Source: Phallusia mammillata
Taxonomy: Eukaryota
Reading direction: 5' to 3'
NCBI GenBank assembly: GCA_965637545.1
Contig: OZ281497.1
Span: forward strand, 8,866,001 to 8,930,000
DNA length: 64,000 nt
Shown here piece after piece: positions 62,550 to 64,000 of this stretch. Position 1 is the stretch's first letter. The number at the start of each line of letters is the position of its first letter. The position numbers and the translations under genes are program-made. The notes beneath the pieces are model-generated. The model did no database searches. It was not told the DNA's origin and saw only the letters and a list, made by a program, of their open reading frames with translations.

Positions 62550-64000
62550 GTTTCTAAATGGTGTAGGTTAAAAGGCTTTTTGTACTGTACACTAAGGGGG
62601 TGTTAATACGTCATCCGAAATTCGACTCAAGTATATTTGCACATTACCGTTGGCATTAAAAATGCTTTGATCAGTTGTATTACATTAGAAAGTCGCACCT
62701 TGTATACGCACTCTTCTTATTTCCTTATTTCACTTCTACAATCATTAGGCTAAAAGGGTTTTTATTACTTTTATCTATATTTGAAACTATCTATATTTGC
62801 AGACTATTACTGGTTTTGACACTGAATTCGCCAATCTTTACAGAAGCAAGAAGTACAATAGCAACAGATACATGGATAAAAACAACCCTGATCAAGGCGA
62901 CCTGTTTACCCTGATCAAGGCGACCTGTATCGAGTGTCGAAACGTCGGAATAAAAATAAAATTGCCAGAAGAGCTCCACAAATTTGAAATAGTTTTTAGA
63001 TGTTTTTTTTATGTAAACTTGAAAGAAGTATAGAAATTCTTATGTACACTGTTCAACCATACGTTCCTTATGATTGCTCAGGTTTGCTCAATACTGCAAT
63101 AGGGTTCACCACTGTCTTTATAAATCATACAACGGGCCAGGTAATTGTATTTTAAGATTGAAGTAGCAGTATTTTCAAGTGTCAAAAAATCCAAATGACC
63201 CAACATAAGACAAAGAAAAACGACACTTAAAACTAAAGTTTCGTCTGAAATAATCGAAGACAAGTTGTGAGGCTTTTAGCGTTGTGCATTGCATTTCGTG
63301 ATCTAAAGATGTGTTCTATCCAGTATATAATAGTATTAATTAATAAAGCGGAATATGTCTGTGTTTTTAGTCTCATACAAATTGCACATGTTACATATTT
63401 AGATACAGTTTTACTTTTTTACAACAGGAAACAAATAATTAGAGATGTACAGAACATGATAAAAGTTCAATAACGGCAGTCAAATTTGTTGCAGATTATT
63501 TTAAACCACTGCTATTTACATAAAATGTTTTCAATAGTTCATTTAATATTTACACCACAGTGAAAAATTTTAAGAATTGTTTGGAAAAAAATCACGAAGG
63601 TATTCGACATGAAAATGCTAAACAAGTTCTGCAATAAAAGGCAAAATTGCAAAAAAGTGTTACAAATAAACGCAAATTTTTATTATTTTTACAAGGCGTT
63701 TTACTTTTCGTTAAGGCATTATCGAAAACTGTATTTCAATCTGTCCCTAGCTGTTGGAAGCTAAATAAGTTAAACGTTTTAAAATACTATTGCGTCATCC
63801 TTGGTACCACAAATTTCCCCGGTTTCAAATGCACATAAAATTTAATAGAAAAACAGTGAGAATGATAAGTATTTGAATCAAAGGTGAATTTAGGATGATT
63901 ATCTGCGCAGAGTTCGTATTCCCCACTGCCCCTGGGGTTACAGGACCTAAAATATATTTTGGTTTAATATAGTGATTTTAATCACGTCTAGAAGTTAATG

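Noticed and set aside
62797-63033. Exon 2 of the CUB paralog
   Set aside because: The phase-1 reading after the AG at 62801 stops within 5 codons, and the open frame has no CUB features and contains a 21-bp internal duplication.

Overview
AT-rich eukaryotic (animal) genomic DNA with compact GT-AG spliced genes. The short introns, chordate-like proteins and tightly packed co-directional gene pairs suggest an invertebrate chordate such as an ascidian; this is inference and the species cannot be determined here. Genes reconstructed by hand, in order: an unidentified ORF running off the left edge (-), FMC1 (+), NKAPD1-like (-), ATG4C/D (-, 9 exons), a 4-coumarate:CoA ligase/luciferase-like acyl-CoA synthetase (+, 12 exons, one frameshift), two insect-type AANAT-like GNAT acyltransferases (+), BAG3 (-, alternative first exons and a possible transmembrane isoform), intronless HELQ (-), intronless PIGS (+), BRF2 (+, 8 exons), an SLCO/OATP transporter (+, 10 exons), an orphan 2-exon gene (+), a GPI-anchored CUB/mucin protein (+) and the first exon of its tandem paralog. 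Non-coding DNA is rich in non-autonomous DNA transposons: hAT MITEs with perfect 8-bp TSDs, a MITE carrying (CCCTAA)9, and two Helentron/DINE-like elements with internal tandem repeats. Best leads: (1) a possible acyl-CoA ligase + N-acyltransferase biosynthetic mini-cluster; (2) BAG3 isoform switching (with or without WW, BAG domain versus membrane anchor); (3) two mirror-image candidate operons, HELQ>BAG3 and PIGS>BRF2; (4) a BRF2 apparently lacking the redox-sensor cysteine. No rRNA, tRNA or CRISPR array was found. Comparisons to human or insect proteins are from memory, not database searches.
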